NCBI GenBank assembly: GCA_001794755.1
Contig: MGKT01000006.1
Span: 40,700 to 104,699, forward strand
Length of the DNA stretch: 64,000 bases
Source: Candidatus Yanofskybacteria bacterium RIFCSPLOWO2_02_FULL_44_18
GTDB lineage: Bacteria > Patescibacteriota > Minisyncoccia > 2-02-FULL-40-12 > GWA2-44-9
Reading direction: 5' to 3'
Positions 34,658-44,108 of the stretch are shown one piece after another. Every line of letters begins with the position of its first letter. The stretch's first letter is position 1. Both the position numbers and the translations under genes were made by a program. Below the pieces are notes generated by a model, which saw only the letters and a program-made list of their open reading frames with translations, was not told the DNA's origin and searched no databases.

Positions 34658-34679
34658 AAGTGGAGAGAAGCTTATCTTC

Positions 34680-34717
34680 TCTTCTTTGCCTTCTTTGCTT
34701 TCTTTGCTTTCTTTGCC
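34680..34717. repeat. tandem ~9-mer microsatellite (TTCTTTGCC)x4
   Basis: cttctttgcc ttctttgc tttctttgc tttctttgcc: four head-to-tail units of 8 to 10 nt. Confidence 0.7.
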
Positions 34718-34860
34718 ATTTATTAGACAGGCAATGGAATTTTGAAATTCAATTTTTGAATTGTTAGTTCCAAATACCTTCTTGTGTGCGGCAGACGACC
34801 AACCCGCCGCTAATTTTTTTTAAAAAATTATTTTTCCTACTTACATTTTAATATATTCAA

Positions 34861-34984
34861 CGAAACGAGTGCAATGAAAAAGTGGATAACTAGAGCAGAG
34901 AAGTTTCTTAATCGCCCGCGAGGGTCCCTTTAGGGATACGCGTTGGCGATTAGAATCTCTGTCAGCGTCCACTAAAAAGTTTCG
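34861..34984. ncRNA. candidate structured RNA / 3'-UTR element: 124-nt rod-like imperfect hairpin (strand undetermined)
   Basis: Nested complementarity: cgaaac/gtttcg, agtgga/tccact, gagcagag/ctctgtcagc, ttaatcgcc/ggcgatta(g), cgcg/cgcg and tccc-ttta-ggga, roughly 40 bp with internal loops. It lies in a 410-nt intergenic region. Confidence 0.3.
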
Positions 34985-35010
34985 CGGAAGAAAATTAAGA
35001 TTAAATGAAT

Positions 35011-36657
35011 TTACCGGGTGATATCTGATCCGGTTTTGTATGCGTTGAGCTCGTGCTCGTTAATAATGAATATTGAATTCCAATCGCGGCCTGTTTCGGT
35101 AAACGTATTCGCGCTCATGCGCAGCCAGTGCTTCGTGCCATCCGGCCAAACAGCATAAACTTTTTGATCGTTGACGTAGCGGACATAATTCGCGCTTATG
35201 TACGAATCAAAAGTTTTGGAATCCAAAACTATTGCCTTGGTCGGATCCAGATGTCCGTACATTTTAATAATCTCGGGCCTTAGATATCGCTTGTATCTGC
35301 CTTCAATTACATATAACTCTGGTTCGCCTTGTTTATGAACCAGCATGCCGTTTTCCAGAGTAACTCCGAAAAGGCCGGTGGGCATTTCATCGGTATAAGA
35401 CAAACTGACCGATAAATTGCGGCTCCCGGTTTGATCATGAAAAGGTATAAGTAAAAAGTTCCGAAGAGCGCCGTCAGAAGGATTGGTGACGAATGCCGGG
35501 CTTGTAATCAGTCCGAGCCGGCCAAGATTGTCCACGTACATTATTTTCATACCCGCGTCGAACGTTATCTTAATCGCCTTTTTGTTATCGGAATCATTGT
35601 ATATCTGATGCCAGTAAGCCTGCCACGGGCCCAGTGTGTAAGAAAAATTATAACTCGTGCCCTCCGTGACCGACGTTGATCGCGTCGGACCGATTTTGAT
35701 ATTTTTCAAAATATCCTGCTTATACGTCAAACGCGGATCCAGACTGGGCGAATTAAAATAATTCGCCGCCGCCCAAAGGCCGAAAATGTCTTCGAATCTT
35801 TCTTTGTAGCCGTGTCGGGCCAGAAAGTCGTTTATGGAAGACGCTCCCCGCCCGGAACTGAAAATGGTTTCTTTAAGGATATCCGGATAGTGGCCGGCAA
35901 TATAGCGGCCGAACAATGCGACTTGGGAATAATCCAAAGACACATTGGGCCATTCGGTTAAGCTATCTGAGGGCGATTGTTTGAACGACTCAATCCGCTT
36001 GGCCAGAACCGAATCAGCCGACTGCGAGCTGTACCCGATGACGTCTGACGCATATTCCGACCTTAATTCATTAAGCCAAACTTCCTCATCAACCTGATAT
36101 TTATTTTCCTTCTGGGCGAAGGAAATTAAATGCTGAAATTCATGGCCCAGGAAAATATTAATCTGCGGGTTAAATGCGGAATCGGCGTTCAAATACAGCA
36201 TTTCACGCTGGTTAGAACCGGGCGCTTCTGATCGCGCGTAACCGTTAATGGTCAAAAAATATCCCCCGAATCCCGATTTCATATCTTCAATCAAAACAGT
36301 TATGCGCGGATCCCCGTCAATGCCGGGGTTTTCTTCAAATCCCCAATAATTTGTGCTCTTGGGGTATATCAACTCGTCAAACTCATTGGAAAGTTTTGAG
36401 ATTGCGTCGGAAAAACGGCTTTGGCCCGAGGGCGTAAGATCGGTCCAATATTTATCATCAACATAAAAGTAGGCCTTATCGCTTATGGCTCGCAATGTCG
36501 CGTTTATTTGAGATCTTCCGCTTGCGTCGTATTGAGCGTTAGTGGAAAATTGGGTTCTTTGGCCAAGAGTATCGGCAAAAGCGTCACCGACATTAAACAA
36601 CAAAGGCACGGTAAGTGCCAGACACAAAACGAATACTTTTAGATTTCTTTTTACCAC
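35011..36657 (-). CDS. secreted protein with an HExxH zinc-metallopeptidase motif
   Basis: 548 aa with an N-terminal signal peptide (MVKRNLKVFVLCLALTVPLLFNVGDAFA) and …IFLGHEFQHLISFAQKE… (HExxH…E, gluzincin-like). I recognise no other domain. Confidence 0.5.
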   Translation of the reverse strand: MVKRNLKVFVLCLALTVPLLFNVGDAFADTLGQRTQFSTNAQYDASGRSQINATLRAISDKAYFYVDDKYWTDLTPSGQSRFSDAISKLSNEFDELIYPKSTNYWGFEENPGIDGDPRITVLIEDMKSGFGGYFLTINGYARSEAPGSNQREMLYLNADSAFNPQINIFLGHEFQHLISFAQKENKYQVDEEVWLNELRSEYASDVIGYSSQSADSVLAKRIESFKQSPSDSLTEWPNVSLDYSQVALFGRYIAGHYPDILKETIFSSGRGASSINDFLARHGYKERFEDIFGLWAAANYFNSPSLDPRLTYKQDILKNIKIGPTRSTSVTEGTSYNFSYTLGPWQAYWHQIYNDSDNKKAIKITFDAGMKIMYVDNLGRLGLITSPAFVTNPSDGALRNFLLIPFHDQTGSRNLSVSLSYTDEMPTGLFGVTLENGMLVHKQGEPELYVIEGRYKRYLRPEIIKMYGHLDPTKAIVLDSKTFDSYISANYVRYVNDQKVYAVWPDGTKHWLRMSANTFTETGRDWNSIFIINEHELNAYKTGSDITR

Positions 36658-36701
36658 GTTGTTATTTTATCTTATTTTGACCGGCACGTCGAATTGATTA
36701 A

Positions 36702-36730
36702 TTGACACATACCGAATATTGAGGTATATT
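36702..36730 (+). promoter_or_regulatory. consensus sigma70-like promoter TTGACA-17-TATATT for the glycan locus priming transferase
   Basis: TTGACA at 36702-36707, a 17-nt spacer, and TATATT at 36725-36730. The ATG at 36743 implies a ≤6-nt leader with no SD. Confidence 0.5.
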
Positions 36731-36742
36731 TATTAGTAAATA

Positions 36743-38113
36743 ATGAAGAAATTCATACTCTTTTTTTCGGATCTTGCCGTTTTTTACTTGTCTCTCGTAC
36801 TCACCCTTGTAATACGCTACGGGGAAGTGACGGATTATATTTGGAATCTTCACTTTTTACCGTTCACGATTTTATTTCTGGTTTGGTTGATTGTCTATTA
36901 TATCACTGACCTTTATGAGGTAACTAATCTTAAAAATAATACGTTCTTCTACGAGAGTCTTCTTCGAGCCACGATTATCGCCAGCGCCATCGCCGTGATA
37001 TTTTTCTACCTGATTCCGATTTTTTCAATTACGCCGAAAACGAATCTTGTGATATTCATCATTGTCTACACCGTTCTGGAGGGGTTGAACCGAGCCTTTT
37101 CAAACTCGGTGCTAAGCACGCGATTCCGCCGGCCGTTGATTATTATCGGGCTGAATTCGCAGTCAGTCGAGCTTGCCCGTTTTATCAAGGCTCATCCCCA
37201 GCTTGGATATGAACTGCAGTATGTTGTCAGCCTCCATGATCCTTCAATCATCAACTTGCCGGAAAAACCGGACCATGAAGGCTTACCCATAATCCACGGC
37301 ATTCATAATTTGGAGCAAATTATTGATCGGGGAGCCGTCGCCGGAATCGTAATCAGCCCGGAGGCTTACCAGATTAACGACATTACGAATCTGCTGTATC
37401 GCTCTTTGGATCGAAATATTGTTTTTTATAATCTTTCTTTTTTTTATGAGAGGGTCACCGGACGAGTGCCGCTAGGCGCGATTAATCAGATTTGGTTTCT
37501 GGAAAATTTAAGCGAAAGAAAAAAGAAAACGTATGAATTTTTTAAAAGATCAGGCGACATTGTCCTGGCTTTGGTCGGTGGTCTAATATCGTTGGTTTTC
37601 TACCCATTCATCATCATGGCCATTAAATATACGTCGCCCGGCCCAGTATTTTACAATCAAAAAAGGGTCGGCTATTTGGGCCGTCAATTTACAATGACCA
37701 AATTCCGCACAATGAAGCACGGCGCGGAAAAGAAAACCGGGCCTGTCTGGGCCTCGGCCGATGATCCGAGAGTAACGATGGTTGGAGGGTTTTTGCGCCG
37801 AACCAGACTCGATGAATTGCCTCAGCTTTGGATGATATTAAAAGGCGAAATGTCTTTTGTCGGCCCTCGAGCCGAGCGGCCGGAATTCCAAAAAACACTG
37901 CAGATTAACGTTCCGTTTTATGAAGAGCGTTATCTGATTAAGCCGGGCCTGACCGGCTGGGCCCAGATTAACTATCACTACGGGTCATCTGTTAAGGATG
38001 CGGCTGAAAAATTACAGTACGATTTATATTACATCAAAAATCGTTCGATTATATTGGACATCGGCATAATTCTCAAGACAATCCGCATCGCGCTCCAGCA
38101 GTCCGGCCAGTAG
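36743..38113 (+). CDS. polyprenyl-phosphate hexose-1-phosphate transferase (WbaP/bacterial sugar transferase family), glycan-initiating enzyme
   Basis: 456 aa with N-terminal TM helices and a C-terminal conserved sugar-transferase domain (…KFRTMKHGAEKKTGPVWASADDPRVT…DELPQLWMILKGEMSFVGPRAERPEF…). Confidence 0.85.
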   Translation: MKKFILFFSDLAVFYLSLVLTLVIRYGEVTDYIWNLHFLPFTILFLVWLIVYYITDLYEVTNLKNNTFFYESLLRATIIASAIAVIFFYLIPIFSITPKTNLVIFIIVYTVLEGLNRAFSNSVLSTRFRRPLIIIGLNSQSVELARFIKAHPQLGYELQYVVSLHDPSIINLPEKPDHEGLPIIHGIHNLEQIIDRGAVAGIVISPEAYQINDITNLLYRSLDRNIVFYNLSFFYERVTGRVPLGAINQIWFLENLSERKKKTYEFFKRSGDIVLALVGGLISLVFYPFIIMAIKYTSPGPVFYNQKRVGYLGRQFTMTKFRTMKHGAEKKTGPVWASADDPRVTMVGGFLRRTRLDELPQLWMILKGEMSFVGPRAERPEFQKTLQINVPFYEERYLIKPGLTGWAQINYHYGSSVKDAAEKLQYDLYYIKNRSIILDIGIILKTIRIALQQSGQ

Positions 38114-38115
38114 AA

Positions 38116-38820
38116 CTACAATATCAGCCGCCAGGGCAGCCAAATCGCTTCCCATATGACGACTGACGACATTTTAGACAGGCCCTCGCGGCGTTCGCGA
38201 AAAGTTATCGGTATCTCAATCGTAGTTGCGCCGGCCCGAATAAGATAATATTTAAGTTCAGTTAAAAAGGCATAGCCATCAGATTTAATAATCGAGAGGT
38301 GGTCTTTTTTCAAAACTGTCGCCCGATACCCGTTGAAACCGGTTGTAACATCACGTATCGGCAACCCGAGAATGGTTCGGACGTAAAGATTGGCAAACTT
38401 GCTTAACATTCTTCTTCGAAGACTCCAATTTTCTATTTCCCCGCCCTTAACATACCTCGAGCCTACAACCATGTCGGCCTTGGTAAGGGCCGCGATTATT
38501 TGCGGTATCGAATTAAAATCATGGGAAAAATCCGCGTCCATTGTGACAATATATTCATGGCCGCGATTGATTGCCCACTGAAAAGCCTCGAGGCACGACC
38601 GGCCGTAGCCACGATCGCTTAGCCGCTTGAGAAAAAAGAGGCGGATAAAATTGCCCCGTAAATTATTTATTAATTCTTCGGTTCCGTCTTTTGAATTATC
38701 ATCAGCGACCAAAACGTTAATATCCGGAATCAAATCAAAAATAGCCGGAATAAGTTTTTCCAGATTTTCCCTCTCGTTAAGCGTCGGGATAACGATGATT
38801 GTTTTGGAATAAATATCCAT
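38116..38820 (-). CDS. GT2 polyprenol-phosphate glycosyltransferase (DPM1/GtrB-like)
   Basis: 234 aa with IIVIPTLNERENL… and VADDNSKDGT… (DxD region). Confidence 0.75.
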   Translation of the reverse strand: MDIYSKTIIVIPTLNERENLEKLIPAIFDLIPDINVLVADDNSKDGTEELINNLRGNFIRLFFLKRLSDRGYGRSCLEAFQWAINRGHEYIVTMDADFSHDFNSIPQIIAALTKADMVVGSRYVKGGEIENWSLRRRMLSKFANLYVRTILGLPIRDVTTGFNGYRATVLKKDHLSIIKSDGYAFLTELKYYLIRAGATTIEIPITFRERREGLSKMSSVVIWEAIWLPWRLIL

Positions 38821-39922
38821 ATTCGTAAATAATAAACAAAATTAAAGCCGCCCAAAAAGGAATCAAATACAGCCAGAGGTTGATCCAATAATTATGGCCG
38901 AAATAATTCCAAATCGGCAGAAATACGAAGAAAGAATCGACAAACACCAAAATCATCAGCCATCTGTGTTTCAGAAGATAACCGATTGAAACCAAAGCAA
39001 ACAGGGTTGTCATCGGCAGGAGATATTTTGAAAAAGAAAATGTCAGACTGCCGACTAGGACAAAATTCAAAACGACGGCCCAGATTATTTCTTTCCTTAC
39101 TTTCAGGCTCTTATCCAGTAATAACGCGAATGCGCCCAAAATAATTACAAGAGGTGAAATCATAATTTTTCGAAAATGCAGAAGTAAATTGGCGCCGACC
39201 CTTAAAAATCCCTTAATTGACGGGACGAAACTTTCGGCCAATGCCGGTGTATTGGAGGGATCAAAATTCCCCTGATACGAATTAATAGCAGCGTTGTTGA
39301 CGAAGTGCCCGGTCTGATAGTAATTGGCGCCCAGATACAAACCCCCAAAAGCCAGCGCCGCGAATACCCAAATTTTCGATTTAGACGTGAAAGTTTTAAT
39401 TGATTCTTTTAAAAATAACGGGGCAAGAACGAGAGCAAATGGTTTTACAATACCCCCAATTGACCAGGCTAATGGCGTCCATTTTTTTTCGCTAATACTT
39501 CCGTAAATAATTAAAAGGATAAAAAACAGCAATGCTGCCTCCTGAAAACCCCGCATCATCGTCGTATATGGATACGGTGCCAATAGAAATAATATCAAAA
39601 AATACATACCCGCTCTCCGGCTTTGAAAATAATCTCTGCCGACAGCATACGCCAAGGGAATGGAAAGAAGGGAAAATATCATTGACGCGATGATAATAGA
39701 ATTATGAGAACCGGTCAGCCAATATATCGGCACGGCAAAAAAAGACAAACCCTGAAATCCATAAAAAGACTTGAAATCCAGTTTCCCTCCGGCCAGCGCC
39801 TCAGCAAAGCCTTCATAATGAAAGCCGTCGTCCATCATAACTGGAGCAGCAATCAAAAAATAAACAAGCATCGCCAGAATCACAGCGATCAATAATCTTA
39901 TTTCTTTTTTATCTAAATTCAT
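38777..39922 (-). CDS. polytopic membrane protein, probable GT-C/polymerase-like
   Basis: 381 aa with about 10 predicted TM segments. It overlaps the downstream GT2 gene by 44 nt. Confidence 0.4.
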   Translation of the reverse strand: MNLDKKEIRLLIAVILAMLVYFLIAAPVMMDDGFHYEGFAEALAGGKLDFKSFYGFQGLSFFAVPIYWLTGSHNSIIIASMIFSLLSIPLAYAVGRDYFQSRRAGMYFLILFLLAPYPYTTMMRGFQEAALLFFILLIIYGSISEKKWTPLAWSIGGIVKPFALVLAPLFLKESIKTFTSKSKIWVFAALAFGGLYLGANYYQTGHFVNNAAINSYQGNFDPSNTPALAESFVPSIKGFLRVGANLLLHFRKIMISPLVIILGAFALLLDKSLKVRKEIIWAVVLNFVLVGSLTFSFSKYLLPMTTLFALVSIGYLLKHRWLMILVFVDSFFVFLPIWNYFGHNYWINLWLYLIPFWAALILFIIYEYGYLFQNNHRYPDA

Positions 39923-41244
39923 TGAACCACTTTTTGATTAAGCTTTTTTATTAAATAAACAAATGATATTAGATGTGAAATCGTAAACCATATCGTTACC
40001 ATTATAACTGATCCCGAGAGTCCGTAATTTTCAATTAGCCACAGTCCCAATGGAATACCGCCCACCATTACTAATGAATTTATTATTATCGATACTTTCA
40101 CTTTGTTTATCGCCCGCCACATAGGACCCAAACCAACGCCTATTCCGTATAATGCTCCGTAAATGATAAGACCAAATACATAATTGATGCTCGGCAAGTA
40201 ACTCTCGCCGTAAAGGATCTTGAACACTATCGGCGAAGCGATGGCAGCCGCACTCGTCAAGACAATAGAAAGCAGAAGTGAGTACAATGAAACTCTTATA
40301 AAATTTGCGCGTAATTTTTCGTTGTCTTGAAATTGCAATTTAGGAAATTCTACGTTTAAAAGTATGGAAATCGGGCCAAGTAAACTCAAAGCAAGATTGG
40401 TGTATCCGAAGGCCAATTTAAAATAAGAAACCTCGGAAGCGCTGACATAAATACCCGTCAAAATAACCGGCAGGGCCATGAAAACATTGCCCATGTTTCT
40501 ATCAAGAGCCACCCACAAAGTAAATCCTAAATATTTTTTAATATTTATCCTATTGGCAGCCAAGACAAGCCCACGCAGACCGGGAAATAATGGCTCTCTT
40601 TTTGTAAAATTATTGAACAATACTGCTGATGTAATAAAAATTATTACCGCTCCAGTTAATTGGCCACTAATGGCGCCGGCAACCCCGAAACCGACAATAA
40701 CCAGTACCAAGGACAAACTGTGCCTTAGCGACTGATCGGATAGCATCAAAACGGCAAGTGATTTAATTTTTCCGGATACTTGAAAAGATGAATAGGTAAG
40801 AGTAAATAAGAACGAAGACAAAATTGCCGCAACCGCAATAATGGCCGCATAAATTCCAATCAGAGAATTTCCGTACAATCTACTGGAAATATTCGGCAAA
40901 AAAATAGAAACAACAATAACAATCAAGGCCGCCAGAAAAGTTATCTTGAGCATAAACCCGAGAATATTTTCCATTTCGGGTTTATCTTTTTGAACATAAG
41001 CTCGGCCCAGTAAACTGGATACGGCCTCTTGAATTCCCATGCCCAACACCAAGCTGGTCATGCTGGCTAATCCTATAGCCAGAGAATAAACGCCGAAAAG
41101 TTCCGGTTGAAGCAGTCGGGCAATGACAATTCCGATTCCGGCTTGAATTATGCTTCCCGTAAAACTCCCCATCTGGAGTGTGGCCACGTTTTTAATAAAA
41201 GAGTGTTGTCGTAAATGTAATATATTATCTTTGATAAAATTCAT
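39919..41244 (-). CDS. oligosaccharide flippase (Wzx/MOP-family polysaccharide biosynthesis protein)
   Basis: 441 aa with about 12 TM segments and a MOP/Wzx-like profile (…ALDRNMGNVFMALPVILTG…). Confidence 0.6.
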   Translation of the reverse strand: MNFIKDNILHLRQHSFIKNVATLQMGSFTGSIIQAGIGIVIARLLQPELFGVYSLAIGLASMTSLVLGMGIQEAVSSLLGRAYVQKDKPEMENILGFMLKITFLAALIVIVVSIFLPNISSRLYGNSLIGIYAAIIAVAAILSSFLFTLTYSSFQVSGKIKSLAVLMLSDQSLRHSLSLVLVIVGFGVAGAISGQLTGAVIIFITSAVLFNNFTKREPLFPGLRGLVLAANRINIKKYLGFTLWVALDRNMGNVFMALPVILTGIYVSASEVSYFKLAFGYTNLALSLLGPISILLNVEFPKLQFQDNEKLRANFIRVSLYSLLLSIVLTSAAAIASPIVFKILYGESYLPSINYVFGLIIYGALYGIGVGLGPMWRAINKVKVSIIINSLVMVGGIPLGLWLIENYGLSGSVIMVTIWFTISHLISFVYLIKKLNQKVVQ

Positions 41245-42528
41245 TTTTCTTCGATAATTTTTCTATAAAGATCGGCCTGCTGATCAATTAATGCCTCAAA
41301 ATTGAAGTTTTTTTTCACATGATCCCGACCGAAGCGACCAAGAGAGGGCCAAAGCTCCGGATGTTCCACCATAAACAAAATTTTTTGAGCAAGTGCTTCG
41401 TAATCGCCCTCATTTACCATAAATCCATTTTGGCCTTCAATAATTTGTTCGGAAAATGCGCCATGGTTTGAGGTTATTGTGGGTAATCCGGTAGCAAGAG
41501 CGTGTAGTACAGATGTGGTCATGTGATGTGTGTTACTCCATATCACCATCAGATGCAGTTTTGGATGGCTGTAAATAAAAATGAATTCGCAAAAAATAAT
41601 TTATTATGTCTTCTATTTTCATATAGCCTTTATAAGAAACAACGTCATCAAGACCCAATTCCTTGGTCATTGTGCGGAGTTTGGGTTCAAGCGGTCCGCC
41701 TCCTATTATATTACACATGAATTTCTTGTCGGTTCTATTTTTCACAATCGCTAATGCTCTTAAAATATCGTCAAAACCCTTTTTCTCAACAAAGCGCCCA
41801 ACAGCAGCCATTTGAACTATCTCGCCTGGTTTCAATGTTCTTTCCGTAAATGGATAGTCATTCACATCAATGCCAAATATCGGTAAAACTTTAATTTTGT
41901 TTTCATCAAATCCTTTTGTGACTATTCTATTTTTCATAAAATCAGACATCGCGATGAAAATGGAACTCTCTTTTTTGAGGCGCATATAAATATCTTCACC
42001 GGGATGATCCAAAAATCTTTTGCTCACATCCTGCCCGTAAAACGAGGTGATCAATTTTGTATTTATACCGACTACGTCTTTGATGATTAAGAATTTATTC
42101 GCGATGGAGCCGTCATGGAGATGAATAAGGTCATACTTTTTACCCACAAACGGTTCGGACCAGAAAAGAAGCTTAAGAGATAAAGAATCTTTTCCGTATC
42201 TATTTACGTCAAAAATTCTTGTGAGTGTATTGGGAGATATAAATAATAATCTACCAATTTTTGGCAATGCCTTAATCGCTCTTTCAAACCTATTTTCAGG
42301 CATACCGATATACTTGGTTCTTCCTAACAGGTTATAATTTCTATATTTTTCGGAGATATATTTTTTATCAATACCTTGGGATGTAAATGCATAAATATCA
42401 ATATCAAATCCGCGATCCAGGAGTCCTGTAATCTGATTGATCATCCATGTTTCAGAGACAGCCGGAAAAACACCGACCACAAAAGCAATTTTTGATGGTT
42501 TATTTGCCATAGTCATTACAGGCGGCAA
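41241..42528 (-). pseudogene. GT4 glycosyltransferase interrupted by a -1/+1 frameshift (ORFs 41533..42528 and 41241..41549)
   Basis: The upstream ORF ends …FYLQPSKTASDGDME*. The downstream ORF continues in another frame with …TTSVLHALATGLPTITSNHGAFSEQIIEGQNGFMV… Together these reconstitute the GT4 signature (S..EG… LEAMA.G.PVI). The two ORFs overlap by 17 nt. Confidence 0.6.
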
Positions 42529-43603
42529 TCACTTTTGATACCTCCCGGGCAGTCATAGTCGGATTAAGCGGCAAACTAATGACGGTATCATGGATTTTTT
42601 CAGAAATAGGAAAAATCATTTTGTTCCATTCTTTGTAAGCCCTCTGCTTGTGGGGTGGAATTGGATAATGGATCAGTGTATCAATACCTTTCTTTAGTAG
42701 ATATTTTTGAAATTCGTCACGCTTTGCAGTACGTACAACAAATAGGTGCCAAACGTGAGCCAAATCATATGATGCAGAAGGTAAGATCAGCAATGGGTTC
42801 TTGATCATGCTAATGTAGCTTCTAGCTATTTTACGTCTTATTACATTTTCTCTATCAAGATATTTAAGCTTAACCAACAAAACCGTAGCTTGAAGTTCAT
42901 CAAGTCGACTATTGATACCCTTGTATTCATTCAAGTATTTCTTGTGGCTACCGTAATTTCTTAAAAGCCGAACCATATCGGCTAATTTCTGATCATTGGT
43001 TGTAACAGCTCCACCGTCGCCTAATCCCCCCAAATTTTTTGAAGGATAAAAGCTGAAACCAGCCGCGTCGCCGAGAGAGCCGACCTTTTTACCCTTATAT
43101 ACCGCGCCGTGAGCCTGCGCGCAGTCTTCAATAATTTTGAGATTATATTTTTTTGCAATCCTTTTCATAGATTCTGAATATCCAACCTGGCCATACAGAT
43201 GGACAACCAGGATTGCTTTGGCTTTCTTGGTAATGTTCTGTTCAATTTTTTCAACGTCAATATTGTAAGTGAGAAGATCGGGTTCGACCGGAACGGGTTT
43301 CAACCGATTTTCACTGATTGATAAAATACTGGCAATATAAGTATTGGCTGGAACTAAAATCTCGTCCCCCTCTTTGAAGACACCAAGCTCCTTGTACGAC
43401 CTTATAATTAGATTCAATGCGTCCAAGCCATTTCCAGTGCCGATAGTATGCTTAACCAGGCAATACTTTGAAAATTCTTTTTCAAATTCAACTACTTTCG
43501 GGCCTAATATGTACCGGCCCGAATCAATGACCTCTGAAATCGCGGCCATTAGTTTTTTTTTGTACGAAACGTTTAGATCTTTAAAATTTAAAAATGGTAT
43601 CAT
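42500..43603 (-). CDS. DegT/DnrJ/EryC1/StrS-family PLP-dependent sugar aminotransferase
   Basis: 367 aa. The PLP-lysine motif is retained (…[19 protein letters not shown]…). Confidence 0.8.
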   Translation of the reverse strand: MIPFLNFKDLNVSYKKKLMAAISEVIDSGRYILGPKVVEFEKEFSKYCLVKHTIGTGNGLDALNLIIRSYKELGVFKEGDEILVPANTYIASILSISENRLKPVPVEPDLLTYNIDVEKIEQNITKKAKAILVVHLYGQVGYSESMKRIAKKYNLKIIEDCAQAHGAVYKGKKVGSLGDAAGFSFYPSKNLGGLGDGGAVTTNDQKLADMVRLLRNYGSHKKYLNEYKGINSRLDELQATVLLVKLKYLDRENVIRRKIARSYISMIKNPLLILPSASYDLAHVWHLFVVRTAKRDEFQKYLLKKGIDTLIHYPIPPHKQRAYKEWNKMIFPISEKIHDTVISLPLNPTMTAREVSKVIAACNDYGK

Positions 43604-43706
43604 ATCGGACTAAATATACACAAAACCCATACTTTTTACAATGATTTTACTTGACATAATAAAATTAAAATGCTATTTTAATTTCAGTACTAAAGGAGTG
43701 CCAAAA

Positions 43707-44039
43707 ATGAACCGAACCGCCATGATCTTCTCTTCGTTAACGTTATTTTTGATTTTGATGGGCTGTGGACCAGTCGCCACAGGAGATTCTATACTGGAAC
43801 GCAAAACAGCAGTTATATTAGAAAAACACATGACAGTAACAAACGATTTCTTTGATGGCACTCGGAAATACTGCCAACTTCTTTTGGAAACAGAGGATAA
43901 AAAGAGAATTTCCATTTCTGGCTTATGGACACTCGGAGCGGCTCCATATGATCTGTGTCAATATATGCGAGAAGGCGAAAAAGTTCAGATTGTTCGATAT
44001 AAAGAACATGGCTGGTATTTAGCAGACGCAAGAGACTAA
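43707..44039 (+). CDS. small lipoprotein (lipobox LMGC), function unknown
   Basis: MNRTAMIFSSLTLFLILMGCGP… fits a signal peptidase II lipobox. SD AAGGAG lies 9 nt upstream. The ORF-track start at 43641 is probably too early. Confidence 0.5.
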   Translation: MNRTAMIFSSLTLFLILMGCGPVATGDSILERKTAVILEKHMTVTNDFFDGTRKYCQLLLETEDKKRISISGLWTLGAAPYDLCQYMREGEKVQIVRYKEHGWYLADARD

Positions 44040-44053
44040 CCAGCTCTGCCTAA

Positions 44054-44103
44054 CACTTTGCAGAACTCGCAAAAACGAGACTAACTGCAAAGTGTTTTAT
44101 TTT
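44054..44103 (+). terminator. intrinsic terminator after the lipoprotein gene
   Basis: CACTTTGCAG-(21-nt loop)-CTGCAAAGTG followed by TTTTATTTT. Confidence 0.55.
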
Positions 44104-44108
44104 GATCC

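Noticed and set aside
34680-34717. Short tandem repeats as a CRISPR array
   Set aside because: The units are contiguous 9-mers with no spacers, and no cas genes are adjacent. It is a microsatellite.
34861-34984. Rod-like hairpin as SRP (4.5S) RNA
   Set aside because: It lacks the domain IV hallmarks (GNRA tetraloop, AGGUCAGG/GGAAGCAGCC internal-loop motifs). It is kept only as a generic structured-RNA candidate.
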